NCBI RefSeq assembly: GCF_000299365.1
Contig: NC_018655.1
Location: 330,001-362,000, forward strand
Direction of reading: 5' to 3'
Length of the DNA: 32,000 bases
Origin: Candidatus Nitrosopumilus koreensis AR1
GTDB taxonomy: Archaea; Thermoproteota; Nitrososphaeria; Nitrososphaerales; Nitrosopumilaceae
Positions 1 to 8,108 of the stretch are shown piece by piece (within the stretch, counting starts at the first letter, position 1; every line of letters starts with the position of its first letter). Below the pieces are notes generated by a model. The model made no database searches, was not told the origin of the DNA, and worked only from the letters and a program-made list of their open reading frames with translations. A program made the translations under genes and the position numbers.

Positions 1-1
1 G

Positions 2-259
2 GTTTCATCTGGCATTTCTAACAATAATGTTGGTAGTCAACCATTTTCATATGTAGTTCAAATACAAGACTCTGATGGTATAGTAGAATCACTGTCTTGG
101 ATTAGCGGAAGTCTGGAAAAAGGTCAGACTTTTTCACCTGCTGTATCTTGGATTCCTACTGATCCTGGAAAATATACTGCAACAATATTTGTTTGGCATA
201 GTTTGGATAATCCTTCTGCATTAAGTCCTACTGTAGAATTTGAAATCAATGTTAGCTAA
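2..259 (+). CDS. 3' end of a secreted/extracellular hypothetical protein, truncated by the window edge
   Basis: Open frame from base 2 to TAA at 257-259, reading ...VSSGISNNNVGSQPFSYVVQIQDSDGIVESLSWISGSLEKGQTFSPAVSWIPTDPGKYTATIFVWHSLDNPSALSPTVEFEINVS*. Beta-sandwich-like composition. Confidence 0.6.
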   Translation, partial: VSSGISNNNVGSQPFSYVVQIQDSDGIVESLSWISGSLEKGQTFSPAVSWIPTDPGKYTATIFVWHSLDNPSALSPTVEFEINVS

Positions 260-287
260 ATGAAAATGTAAATATGGTGAAATTCTT

Positions 288-1328
288 ATGTTCTCAATGA
301 CAAAAACAACTTTTATTGCAATATTTGCAGTTGCTGTTCTTTTAACAGGAACTATGGCAGGACCTATTGGATTAGTTCAGTCAGCAGATGCCCTGAAATC
401 AAAAGGAAACAACCTAACTGAAATCGGTTCAAAAAAGGTCTGTGGTGATAGACTTTGTTCTGAAGTTCCACCAGCAGAAAAATCTGGTGAGCCAAAAAAG
501 AAGGAACAAGTAAAATCTGAAAAGAAAGCAGAATCTGCAGAAAAAGCAAAAGAGGCTCCGAAAAAAGATACAAAAGCTGAAAAAATGATGGAAGCTAAAA
601 CTGTTACTAAAACTCCAAAAACTGTAACTGGTATTATCACATCAGAAACAGATCCTGGGATTGGTCATGAATCTCATCAGCTAGCAATAGTTTTGCCACC
701 AAGTGACAAAACATACCGCGGATATTTGACATACACTGCATCTGAAAATGTTCAACTAGTTGCATTGCACGGTCCATTGAAAAAAGGAATGGATAAAGGG
801 CAAGCAATTTGGACTACTGATGGAAAGACAAAATTCGGTCTTACCTTTGTAGATAAAGAAACCTCTACGGGAGTATGGCAGTTTACAGGTAATGCAATTG
901 CTATACACACAAAGAATTCTGAACCATTCACTGTAAGCTACTCTGTCACATACACAGAGCATTCTACTGATGGTCAAAGAATAGTCAAAGGAACCACAAC
1001 TTCAGTACAAGATCCTGGAATTGGACATGAAGAACACCAACTAGCATTATTGTTGGCACCTAGAGACAAAGCATACTCTGGACACCTGACATATGATGCA
1101 TCAGAACAAGTTCAAATTGTAACTCTCATTGGACCAATAGAAAAGGGCCAAATTCAAGGAATGCCTTATTGGACTCCTGATGATAAGACCTACTATGCAT
1201 TATCATTGGTTCCAACTAAAGCAGCTGGTTCTACATCGTTCTCTGGAAATGCATTAGCACTTCACACGTTCAATTCTGAGCCATTTACCGTAAGCTACTC
1301 TATTGTGCTTACAAATCCACAAAAATAG
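288..1328 (+). CDS. Secreted hypothetical protein with N-terminal signal peptide, Lys-rich linker and two tandem homologous domains
   Basis: 346-aa ORF. Hydrophobic N-terminus (TTFIAIFAVAVLLTGTMAG). Repeat pair DPGIGHESHQLAIVLPPSDKTYRGYLTY... and DPGIGHEEHQLALLLAPRDKAYSGHLTY..., both ending in NSEPFTVSYS. Confidence 0.8.
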   Translation: MFSMTKTTFIAIFAVAVLLTGTMAGPIGLVQSADALKSKGNNLTEIGSKKVCGDRLCSEVPPAEKSGEPKKKEQVKSEKKAESAEKAKEAPKKDTKAEKMMEAKTVTKTPKTVTGIITSETDPGIGHESHQLAIVLPPSDKTYRGYLTYTASENVQLVALHGPLKKGMDKGQAIWTTDGKTKFGLTFVDKETSTGVWQFTGNAIAIHTKNSEPFTVSYSVTYTEHSTDGQRIVKGTTTSVQDPGIGHEEHQLALLLAPRDKAYSGHLTYDASEQVQIVTLIGPIEKGQIQGMPYWTPDDKTYYALSLVPTKAAGSTSFSGNALALHTFNSEPFTVSYSIVLTNPQK

Positions 1329-1399
1329 GGAACTAACGTTCTTTCATTTTTTTATACTATGCAATGATTAAATACCTTCAACATTCAATATAATTATTG

Positions 1400-2692
1400 A
1401 ATTTCTTAGTAGTATTCTCTATAATGGCTATTTTGGCAACTGGAGTACTTGCTCCGGCATTACCATATTCTAATGCAGATATTATTCCTCCAAAACATCA
1501 AACAAAGATTGGAATTTCAGATGATGATGTTGTATGTGATTCTGGATTATTCAAAGTCATACGAGCTGCAAGCGATTCTGTAGCATGTGTCAAAGCAAAA
1601 AATGTATCAAAACTTGTTGCTAATGGATGGGCAAAAACAGTTGGCGATAAACCAGTAGATGAGGAACTTTTAAGCAAAATTATCAATAGAAAAAGCATTG
1701 ATCTTGCAACAATAAACATTCTTGAAACGGTTCCCATAAAATCAAGTACAGGCACTTCTGCACCTGGAAAATCAATTGCAAGTTACGATGTTGTTTTTGA
1801 AATTTGTGCTTCTGTCCCAATATATGCCCCCGATATTAATATCTCATCAGACAGTGAAACAAAACAATATGAATTGGCAAACATGCTAGAATCTGGTGTT
1901 TGTACTCTAAGTGCAACAAAACTCAAAGCAACTGATCCAAAATCAATCAAAATCATCATGTTAAACAAAGGTGATATTTCTGAAAAAATTGTAGCACTTC
2001 AAAGTGAATTAGATTCATTAAAAGAAAAACTGGCAGCAATCAGAGCATCTATGAAGCCAACTGATCCTGATGCACAAAAACAAGGAAAACAGATCGCCGA
2101 TCTTAGAAAGCAAATCAATGAAAAGCGTGAACAATTACATAGAATATTGTTTACCATCCATCACCCTCCTACTGTTAAAAATAAAATAAATGAAATGACC
2201 TTTTCAGGTAAAGTTATTGAGGGCAACTCTGCCAGCGTGTTGTCTGTTTTAGATGCAACACAAACACCTGGACTCTATGATGCAATATTTGAGGTATGTG
2301 CAGGACCTACGACAATAAAACTTCCAGTAATCAAAGTTACTTCTGACAAACAGTCCCAAACTGTAAAACTTGGAGACAAGATAACTTCAAACTCTTGCCA
2401 AATGACTTCTGTAAAGATAGAGGCCAATGACAAGAGCACAATAGCTGTTACCCCTGCAGGAAATGCTGATTCCTCAAAGAAGGCATCTGATCTTGAAGTA
2501 CAAATTAACAGTCTGCAAAAATCATTGATAACTGAGAAACAAACCCTCAAATCCTTGATTCATAATCCAGACAGACCTGAAAACTTTGCAGACTTGGTTG
2601 ATACACATGTGGTTAAAATCACTGAATTGAGGAACCAAATTTCCATGGCAAAGGCTGAATTTAATAAAATCATGTACATGACATACAATTAA
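1400..2692 (+). CDS. Secreted hypothetical protein with two copies of a two-Cys domain plus coiled-coil segments
   Basis: ORF track gives 1397; the TTG codon that I can place is at 1400. Signal-peptide-like N-terminus (NFLVVFSIMAILATGVLAP). Internal repeats YDVVFEICA...ESGVCTLSATKLKATDPKSI and YDAIFEVCAG...TSNSCQMTSVKIEANDKSTI. Confidence 0.8.
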   Translation, partial: NFLVVFSIMAILATGVLAPALPYSNADIIPPKHQTKIGISDDDVVCDSGLFKVIRAASDSVACVKAKNVSKLVANGWAKTVGDKPVDEELLSKIINRKSIDLATINILETVPIKSSTGTSAPGKSIASYDVVFEICASVPIYAPDINISSDSETKQYELANMLESGVCTLSATKLKATDPKSIKIIMLNKGDISEKIVALQSELDSLKEKLAAIRASMKPTDPDAQKQGKQIADLRKQINEKREQLHRILFTIHHPPTVKNKINEMTFSGKVIEGNSASVLSVLDATQTPGLYDAIFEVCAGPTTIKLPVIKVTSDKQSQTVKLGDKITSNSCQMTSVKIEANDKSTIAVTPAGNADSSKKASDLEVQINSLQKSLITEKQTLKSLIHNPDRPENFADLVDTHVVKITELRNQISMAKAEFNKIMYMTYN

Positions 2693-2720
2693 GAAAAATC
2701 TATTTGGTAATATGTTCTAT

Positions 2721-2741
2721 TGTAAACTAAACAAGTTTACA
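2721..2741. terminator. Perfect 8-bp inverted repeat between convergent genes (TGTAAACT-AAACA-AGTTTACA)
   Basis: Direct reading of the sequence. It lies between the stops of the + and - paralogous genes. A role in termination is inferred. Confidence 0.35.
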
Positions 2742-2784
2742 CAAAATTTGAAATAAAAATTATTTGTAAAAAAATAAAGAGATA

Positions 2785-3378
2785 CTATCCGTGGATAAGG
2801 AATAGTAACCTATAGTATTCACCTCTTGCTTCTTTGAGTTGATTGCGTAGTTCTACGATTTCATCAGTTATTTTAACAAGTTTTACTGTGTTATCGCTAT
2901 TTGTAGGCTGTTTTACTAGTTGCTGTAATGCTGCATTTTTTTCAGCTAACATCATTTTGATGTTTGCTAATCTCTTTTCAGCATTGTTTATCATTTTTGT
3001 CACAGTTTCTTTTGTGAATAACTTTGCATCAATTGAATCAGGGTTGGCTGCTTTGATTTTTGTTGCTGATACAATACATGCATTTGGACTCAAGTCAGAT
3101 GCTAATTTTACAGATCTTACTTCACTATCAGAGGTAACTACTATTTCAGGTGCTCTGATTGCAGTGTTTCCAGCACATGCTTCAAATACATACGTGTATG
3201 CAATTGTTCTTGGCTGTGATTCATAAATTGCACCTTGTGATCCTATCTTTGCAATGACTACTTTTTTGACACTTGGAAATGTCTGAGCGTCAGCTGCAGG
3301 AAGATTAAATCCAGATGTGATTAATACTGATGCTAATGCTAATGCAGTAATTGTTGTAATCGTTGTTTTCATTTTCAT
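2785..3378 (-). CDS. Secreted hypothetical protein, paralog of the 1400-2692 product (one two-Cys domain plus coiled coil)
   Basis: Internal ATG at 3378 (MKMKTTITTITALALASVLITSGFNLPAADAQ) sits just after a strong GGGAGGAGGTG motif and starts a signal peptide, so the 247-aa track ORF is over-extended. Contains YTYVFEACAGNTAIRAPEIVVTSDSEVRSVKLASDLSPNACIVSATKIKAANPDSI. Confidence 0.8.
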   Translation of the reverse strand: MKMKTTITTITALALASVLITSGFNLPAADAQTFPSVKKVVIAKIGSQGAIYESQPRTIAYTYVFEACAGNTAIRAPEIVVTSDSEVRSVKLASDLSPNACIVSATKIKAANPDSIDAKLFTKETVTKMINNAEKRLANIKMMLAEKNAALQQLVKQPTNSDNTVKLVKITDEIVELRNQLKEARGEYYRLLFLIHG

Positions 3379-3784
3379 TTTCTTCGATTCACCTCCTCCC
3401 AGTTGGCTAAGCATAATCTTCTGTGAAAATCCAAGACAATCCCAACACATCTGTATAGTTACATGTACTGGTGGGAAGTGCGTTTTTGGCATCACTTCCA
3501 ACCTTGGTTGTTGGTTGGCTTTTGACATGTAACATGAATTGCTTCATGAAAGGAGAAACTGAAAAGATGCTATTTAATGGCCTGAAAATTGTGTGAGATT
3601 GATTTTAGATAAACCAGTTGACTTTATTCAGTTTGAAATCAACTAATGCATAACTTATTCCAAATCATTGTAACATTGGTATGAGGTGAAGACCTTGCAA
3701 AGGTATCATCCTAGTTGGTTGTAGGGTTTTCATCTCTTTATTTTGTCAATACTGATTCAACTCACAAATTACACTCAAGTTTAA

Positions 3785-4573
3785 TTGTTAAAAACAAATC
3801 ATATTTTTATACAGATACTTACCAAAATAACTGATGTCACTTTGAATCGTAAATTTTTGTTATTATTTCCAGTTCTGATGTTTGTCGGAGTTGGATTTTA
3901 TTCTGTATCTGCTGATTCTCTTGTCCCTTCGTGGGTAAAAAACACCGCACTTTGGTACGGTGAAGGTTCCATCTCTGAACAAGAATTTCTTGACTCTATA
4001 CAATTTCTAATTAATAATAAAATTATATTTTTAGATAATTCCGAAAAAGACCAAGTACTAGATCCTGTCATTGCATCAGATCAAGTCATTGTCACAAAAC
4101 CACGAATTAATCAATGCTCTGTATTGTATCAAGCATACAAAAATGTTGGAAAACTACAATTTGTTGCAAAATATGATTACATTACATACATCAACACATG
4201 TATAAAATTGTACCAGGATCCTGTGTGGAACTATCAGGGAGATGACCGAGTGGACAAACTCAATGAACGATTCTTAGAACTCAATCAACCAATCAAAGAA
4301 GAGAGAGCAAAACTATCCTATACTACAACCGTTACAATTACCTCTAAAACCGACATTGGTCAAGGAAAGTATGCTGTAAAACTTAATGCATGTGCAGGAG
4401 ATAAGAAAATTGACAAGGCAAAGATTCTTGTCAAATCAAACATCGAGGCAGTTCAAATAGGAACTGACAAAGATATTCCATCAAATTCTTGTAGAACATA
4501 TGTTGCGCAACTGCATGCGCAAAATCCTGCGCACATCACAGCTAGTATCTTGGAAGAAGTTTTTACAGAATAA
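3785..4573 (+). CDS. Exported protein with a thaumarchaeal WVKN-type N-terminal motif and a C-terminal two-Cys domain
   Basis: 262-aa ORF. Contains LVPSWVKNTALWYGEGSISEQEFLDSIQFLINNKII, and YAVKLNACAGDKKIDKAKILVKSNIEAVQIGTDKDIPSNSCRTYVAQLHAQNPAHITASI, which aligns by eye with the neighbouring family. Confidence 0.75.
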   Translation: MLKTNHIFIQILTKITDVTLNRKFLLLFPVLMFVGVGFYSVSADSLVPSWVKNTALWYGEGSISEQEFLDSIQFLINNKIIFLDNSEKDQVLDPVIASDQVIVTKPRINQCSVLYQAYKNVGKLQFVAKYDYITYINTCIKLYQDPVWNYQGDDRVDKLNERFLELNQPIKEERAKLSYTTTVTITSKTDIGQGKYAVKLNACAGDKKIDKAKILVKSNIEAVQIGTDKDIPSNSCRTYVAQLHAQNPAHITASILEEVFTE

Positions 4574-4610
4574 TTTATCTTGAATCTACTTTTTTAATTA
4601 TGATGATTTA

Positions 4611-5018
4611 GTGTCATTAATTCATGTTACAAACATGGAATTAAGTGCAAATCTTATACATCATACTTGGGACGTGGCAAAAACTGTAGTTATTGTAGAT
4701 GACAATAAAGAAATAATTGAAGCTGTTTCAGACTTGTTGACCACACACTCTTTCAAAGTGCTGGGAACTGGAACTAATGGGCTAGAAGCTACAAATCTCT
4801 ACGAATCTCTAAGACCTGATTTTGTAATTATGGATATTGAAATGCCACAGTATGATGGGTTTTATGGAATATCTGAGATTCTAAAAATTAATTCTGATGC
4901 AAAAATAATCACAATTTCTGCTGATGAAAAACATGAGCAAAAAACAATTGGAAAGTCATTATGTTTTCTTGCAAAACATCATCTAATGTCTTTGCCCAAA
5001 ATACTAAATTCAATATAG
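4611..5018 (+). CDS. CheY-like response regulator receiver domain protein
   Basis: TVVIVDDNKEIIEAVSDLL...DFVIMDIEMPQYDGF...IITISADEKHEQK...FLAK matches the receiver-domain D/D/D, T/S and K pattern. True start may be the ATG at MELSANLIHHTW. Confidence 0.85.
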   Translation: MSLIHVTNMELSANLIHHTWDVAKTVVIVDDNKEIIEAVSDLLTTHSFKVLGTGTNGLEATNLYESLRPDFVIMDIEMPQYDGFYGISEILKINSDAKIITISADEKHEQKTIGKSLCFLAKHHLMSLPKILNSI

Positions 5019-5039
5019 AATGACTTTTTTAGAAATTTT

Positions 5040-5180
5040 ATGAAGACTGAAAATGAGATTGCAGAATACCGAAAGGACATTGAGCAAAGGTTGGTAAATA
5101 CAGAATCAATGGATGCAATGAAGTACTACCAAGGTGTTCTCAGGGCACTTGAATGGGTAGTAACAGGAAATGATGTTTAG
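5040..5180 (+). CDS. 46-aa hypothetical protein downstream of the receiver-domain gene
   Basis: ATG at 5040, TAG at 5178-5180: MKTENEIAEYRKDIEQRLVNTESMDAMKYYQGVLRALEWVVTGNDV. Below the ORF-track cutoff; good coding character. Confidence 0.5.
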   Translation: MKTENEIAEYRKDIEQRLVNTESMDAMKYYQGVLRALEWVVTGNDV

Positions 5181-5209
5181 ATTTTATACAAATAGATTGT
5201 AATTGCATC

Positions 5210-5395
5210 ATGAACTGCTTTGTATGCTCTAAAAGAAAAGAAGACTTTGAGGTTTGGACTAATAAAATAGTAATTGGAGCAACATACGATTCAGTGTTTC
5301 AGGACCATGATATCATACGACAACTGCCTGACAAGTCTGTAATCTGTCATGACTGTATGAAGAAAATTATTGCAGATGTAGATGAAAAGAGATAA
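5210..5395 (+). CDS. Small CxxC...CxxC putative zinc-binding protein
   Basis: 61-aa ORF: MNCFVCSKRKEDFEVW...SVICHDCMKKI. Confidence 0.6.
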   Translation: MNCFVCSKRKEDFEVWTNKIVIGATYDSVFQDHDIIRQLPDKSVICHDCMKKIIADVDEKR

Positions 5396-5400
5396 AGGTC

Positions 5401-5880
5401 TTACTGGAATTTTTCGTCCCACTTGCCTTCATTGATTTCTGCGGTAATCTCTTTTGGGGTCTTTCCTTCCACTTTGACTCCCAAAGCAACGCATGTACCA
5501 ATGATGGTTTTTGCAACTGACTTTATTGATGATGCATAAGATTTCTCTAGTTTTGTATTTGCAACTTTGAGAATTGAATCCATTGTAACATCTCCTGCCC
5601 ATTCAGTTCCAGAGGCCCCAGAGCCTTTTTGGATTCCTGCCTCTTTCATGATTAGTGCAGCTGCTGATGGGATGCCGATTTCAATCTCATACTTTTTTGT
5701 GTCGCTATCAACAATAACTGTGACTGGAACTTTCATTCCTTCAAAGTCTTTTGTCTTCTCATTAATTGCATTGATAACTTCCATGATGTTGACGCCAAGC
5801 GGACCTAGTGCTGGACCTAAAGGTGGACCTGCTGATGCTGCTCCGCCTGTTACAAGTGATGATATCTTTTGTTCTCCCAT
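5401..5880 (-). CDS. rpl11: Ribosomal protein uL11
   Basis: SSLVTGGAASAGPPLGPALGPLGVNIMEVINAINEKT...GTCVALGVKVEGK is an archaeal L11 signature. Confidence 0.95.
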   Translation of the reverse strand: MGEQKISSLVTGGAASAGPPLGPALGPLGVNIMEVINAINEKTKDFEGMKVPVTVIVDSDTKKYEIEIGIPSAAALIMKEAGIQKGSGASGTEWAGDVTMDSILKVANTKLEKSYASSIKSVAKTIIGTCVALGVKVEGKTPKEITAEINEGKWDEKFQ

Positions 5881-5914
5881 GTTTAATCGTCTCTAAATGA
5901 AAATTTAATCCTTC

Positions 5915-6373
5915 CTAACCCTCAGTTGATAGTTTTAGATAGTTTGCATCCACTGTTACTGGTAATTGGTATGATGCATCAAGCAATACTACTGTAGCTT
6001 CTTCTTTTTCTGGATCTATTCTTGTAATTGTTGCCTTCATTCCCTTGAATGGACCCCCAGTGATTTCTACTACATTATCTACTGCAAGTGTTGATACTGT
6101 TGATTTCTTTACCAAGTATCCTTCAATATCTTTGAATTCTAATTCTCCTCTTAATTGGCCACGGATGTGTCTTACACCTTCCACTGCCATGTATGCATCA
6201 CTTGGGTTTATTGCTTCAATTACGACATATCCCTTAAGATCACTTACCCAAAACACTGATTGAATGTTTATTTGATTAGCATTAGCTTTTGCTTCTAATA
6301 ATCTCATTACCACTTTTTCTTGTCCACCAGTGGTTCTAATTGCAAACAAATGTGATTTTACTTCCTCAGACAA
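5915..6373 (-). CDS. spt5: Transcription elongation factor Spt5 (NusG family, KOW domain)
   Basis: FAIRTTGGQEKVVMRLLEAKA...GYVVIEA...VRHIRGQLRG...VDNVVEITGGPFKGMKATITRID (NGN plus KOW). Confidence 0.93.
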   Translation of the reverse strand: MSEEVKSHLFAIRTTGGQEKVVMRLLEAKANANQINIQSVFWVSDLKGYVVIEAINPSDAYMAVEGVRHIRGQLRGELEFKDIEGYLVKKSTVSTLAVDNVVEITGGPFKGMKATITRIDPEKEEATVVLLDASYQLPVTVDANYLKLSTEG

Positions 6374-6375
6374 TT

Positions 6376-6549
6376 TTACCTACCAAATGTAATCACCGAA
6401 AAGACAAACTGAATTGTAAATCCAATAGCTCCGACTCCAGCTATTCCCAGCAATACCAGTCTAAGATGTTGTTGATACTCGTCCTTGTCTGGTTTTTTGG
6501 CCATTTTCATGGTATTTACCATGTTCTTCAAAGTCTGTCTTGGGTTCAT
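6376..6549 (-). CDS. secE: Preprotein translocase subunit SecE / Sec61 gamma (57 aa)
   Basis: Missing from the ORF track. Reverse-strand reading gives MNPRQTLKNMVNTMKMAKKPDKDEYQQHLRLVLLGIAGVGAIGFTIQFVFSVITFGR*, one amphipathic helix plus one TM. Position immediately upstream of spt5-rpl11 is typical. Confidence 0.9.
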   Translation of the reverse strand: MNPRQTLKNMVNTMKMAKKPDKDEYQQHLRLVLLGIAGVGAIGFTIQFVFSVITFGR

Positions 6550-6588
6550 TGGTGGAAATTAATAGGGTCTCCTTATATCTCTTATTTC

Positions 6589-7365
6589 ATGGAGCTGTTA
6601 GTTGCATACGCAGATGATCCTGCTGGCCACAATATGGCAAAATTTCTTTGCAAAGAGATGACTCTGGATGGAGATATTTTTCGTGGAAAGTACTATGATT
6701 TGGTAATAATCCCAACACCTGCAATATCTGCAGATTGGTTAGAAGAAAAATATGATTATGACGGATTTGTCTTTTTGTCAAAACATGCCGCCGAATCTGG
6801 TGTACTTGCACTTACCTGTCACAGCACTGGGAATTTCTCGGAGGCAAAGTTTGGCGGAAATGACAGACAAGTAGCAATCCCGCATCCTGACTTGCAAAAA
6901 AAATATCTCCAGACTTTACAAGAACACCAGTCTGATTTTGCAGAATTTGACATTACAATAGAGGCAACCCACCACGGACCAACAGATCTCAAGAAGCCCT
7001 CGATATTTATCGAAATTGGAACCACTGAAAAACAATGGACTGATGAGAATCTGTGCCAAAGAGTTGCAAAACTAGTTCATAAAGTAATGTCTAATGACAT
7101 ACCAAAAAGTCCTGTTGCTCTGTGTTTTGGTGGGACTCATTATCCTGCAAAGTTTACAGAACAACTTCTTAATGGCAAGTATTCACTTGGAACAGTAATT
7201 CCAAAACATGCTCTGGACAGTCTTGATGAAGAATTATTTTCACATATTCTCAAGCAAAACAGCATGGCAACTATTGCTCTGCTTGATTGGAACGGATTAG
7301 GACCAAACAAGCAAAAGGTTCTTGACCTTCTAGAGTCTACAAAACTTGAGGTAATCAAACTTTGA
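6589..7365 (+). CDS. dtdA: D-aminoacyl-tRNA deacylase, archaeal DtdA type
   Basis: MELLVAYADDPAGHNMAKFL...ITIEATHHGPTDLKKPSIFIEIGTTEKQW...CFGGTHYPAKFTE. The ATG at 6589 is preferred over the track start at 6340, which overlaps secE. Confidence 0.88.
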   Translation: MELLVAYADDPAGHNMAKFLCKEMTLDGDIFRGKYYDLVIIPTPAISADWLEEKYDYDGFVFLSKHAAESGVLALTCHSTGNFSEAKFGGNDRQVAIPHPDLQKKYLQTLQEHQSDFAEFDITIEATHHGPTDLKKPSIFIEIGTTEKQWTDENLCQRVAKLVHKVMSNDIPKSPVALCFGGTHYPAKFTEQLLNGKYSLGTVIPKHALDSLDEELFSHILKQNSMATIALLDWNGLGPNKQKVLDLLESTKLEVIKL

Positions 7366-7661
7366 GTCTTGAGAAAAAGATTTACAAAAAATTACTAGAA
7401 GTTCCAAAAGGTCAAATCACAACTTATGGAGAACTTGCAAAGGCTGTAGGTCTTAAGAACGGACAAAGGGCAGTTGGAAGAATAATGAACAAGAATCCAT
7501 ATCCTGTGATCATACCTTGTCATAGAGTAGTGATGTCTAATGGAAAGGTTGGCGGATATGCATATGGGGAGCACATAAAAACAAAGATGCTAAATGATGA
7601 AGGAATCAAAACTGAAAATGGTAAAATCTTAGACTGGGAAAAAACTGTTTATCGATTCTAG
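7362..7661 (+). CDS. Methylated-DNA-protein cysteine methyltransferase, C-terminal catalytic domain only
   Basis: VPKGQITTYGELAKAVGLKNGQRAVGRIMNKNPYPVIIPCHRVVMSNGKVGGYAYG. PCHR active-site motif present. TTG start overlaps the dtdA stop. Confidence 0.88.
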   Translation: MSLEKKIYKKLLEVPKGQITTYGELAKAVGLKNGQRAVGRIMNKNPYPVIIPCHRVVMSNGKVGGYAYGEHIKTKMLNDEGIKTENGKILDWEKTVYRF

Positions 7662-7667
7662 CATTCT

Positions 7668-8072
7668 CTATAACCCTCCGCCAGAAACTTTGCTTAATTC
7701 AATATCGTATCCTGTTGGATCCTTAATGTACACTGAACTTGATTTCTCAAAATCTACAGGTCCACCATAAAGTACCTCGACTCCAAGTTCTTTGCATTTT
7801 TGTATAATGTCATCAAAATTTTCTATGTGGAATCCAAAATGAGCGATTCCTCCAGTTGGAATAACTTGTGGGTCTTCATACAAACAGAGTTTGATGGAGT
7901 CATTGCCGATAATCTTTGAAGGTGCATCAAGCTTGTTTGGAGAATTGTCCTCTTTTCTAATCTCAAAACCAAACAAATTTTTGTAAAACTCTACAGTCTC
8001 CTCCAAGTTTTTTACGTTCATGTTTACATGGTCCATGGATGTTGCTTTGAGAATAACCATGCAACAAAACAT
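7668..8072 (-). CDS. VOC superfamily (glyoxalase / extradiol dioxygenase-like) protein
   Basis: MDHVNMNVKNLEETVEFYKNLFGFEI...HFGFHIENFDDIIQKCKELG...VYIKDPTGYDIELS. Confidence 0.85.
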   Translation of the reverse strand: MFCCMVILKATSMDHVNMNVKNLEETVEFYKNLFGFEIRKEDNSPNKLDAPSKIIGNDSIKLCLYEDPQVIPTGGIAHFGFHIENFDDIIQKCKELGVEVLYGGPVDFEKSSSVYIKDPTGYDIELSKVSGGGL

Positions 8073-8108
8073 GTTTTCAACAATTAAAAGGATTTTTAAT
8101 AAAAAACT

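Noticed and set aside
364-573. Minus-strand ORFs 364..573, 377..640 and 756..977
   Set aside because: They lie antisense inside a convincing + strand secreted-protein gene and have no recognisable motifs.
3379-3528. Track N-terminal extension (MSKANQQPRLEV...) of the minus-strand two-Cys protein
   Set aside because: A strong GGGAGGAGGTG motif followed by ATG and a signal peptide at 3378 marks the real start.
6340-6588. Track N-terminal extension of dtdA (MQTNVILLPQTILPTKCNHRKDK...)
   Set aside because: It overlaps secE and spt5 on the opposite strand; the deacylase family begins at MELLVAYADDPAG.
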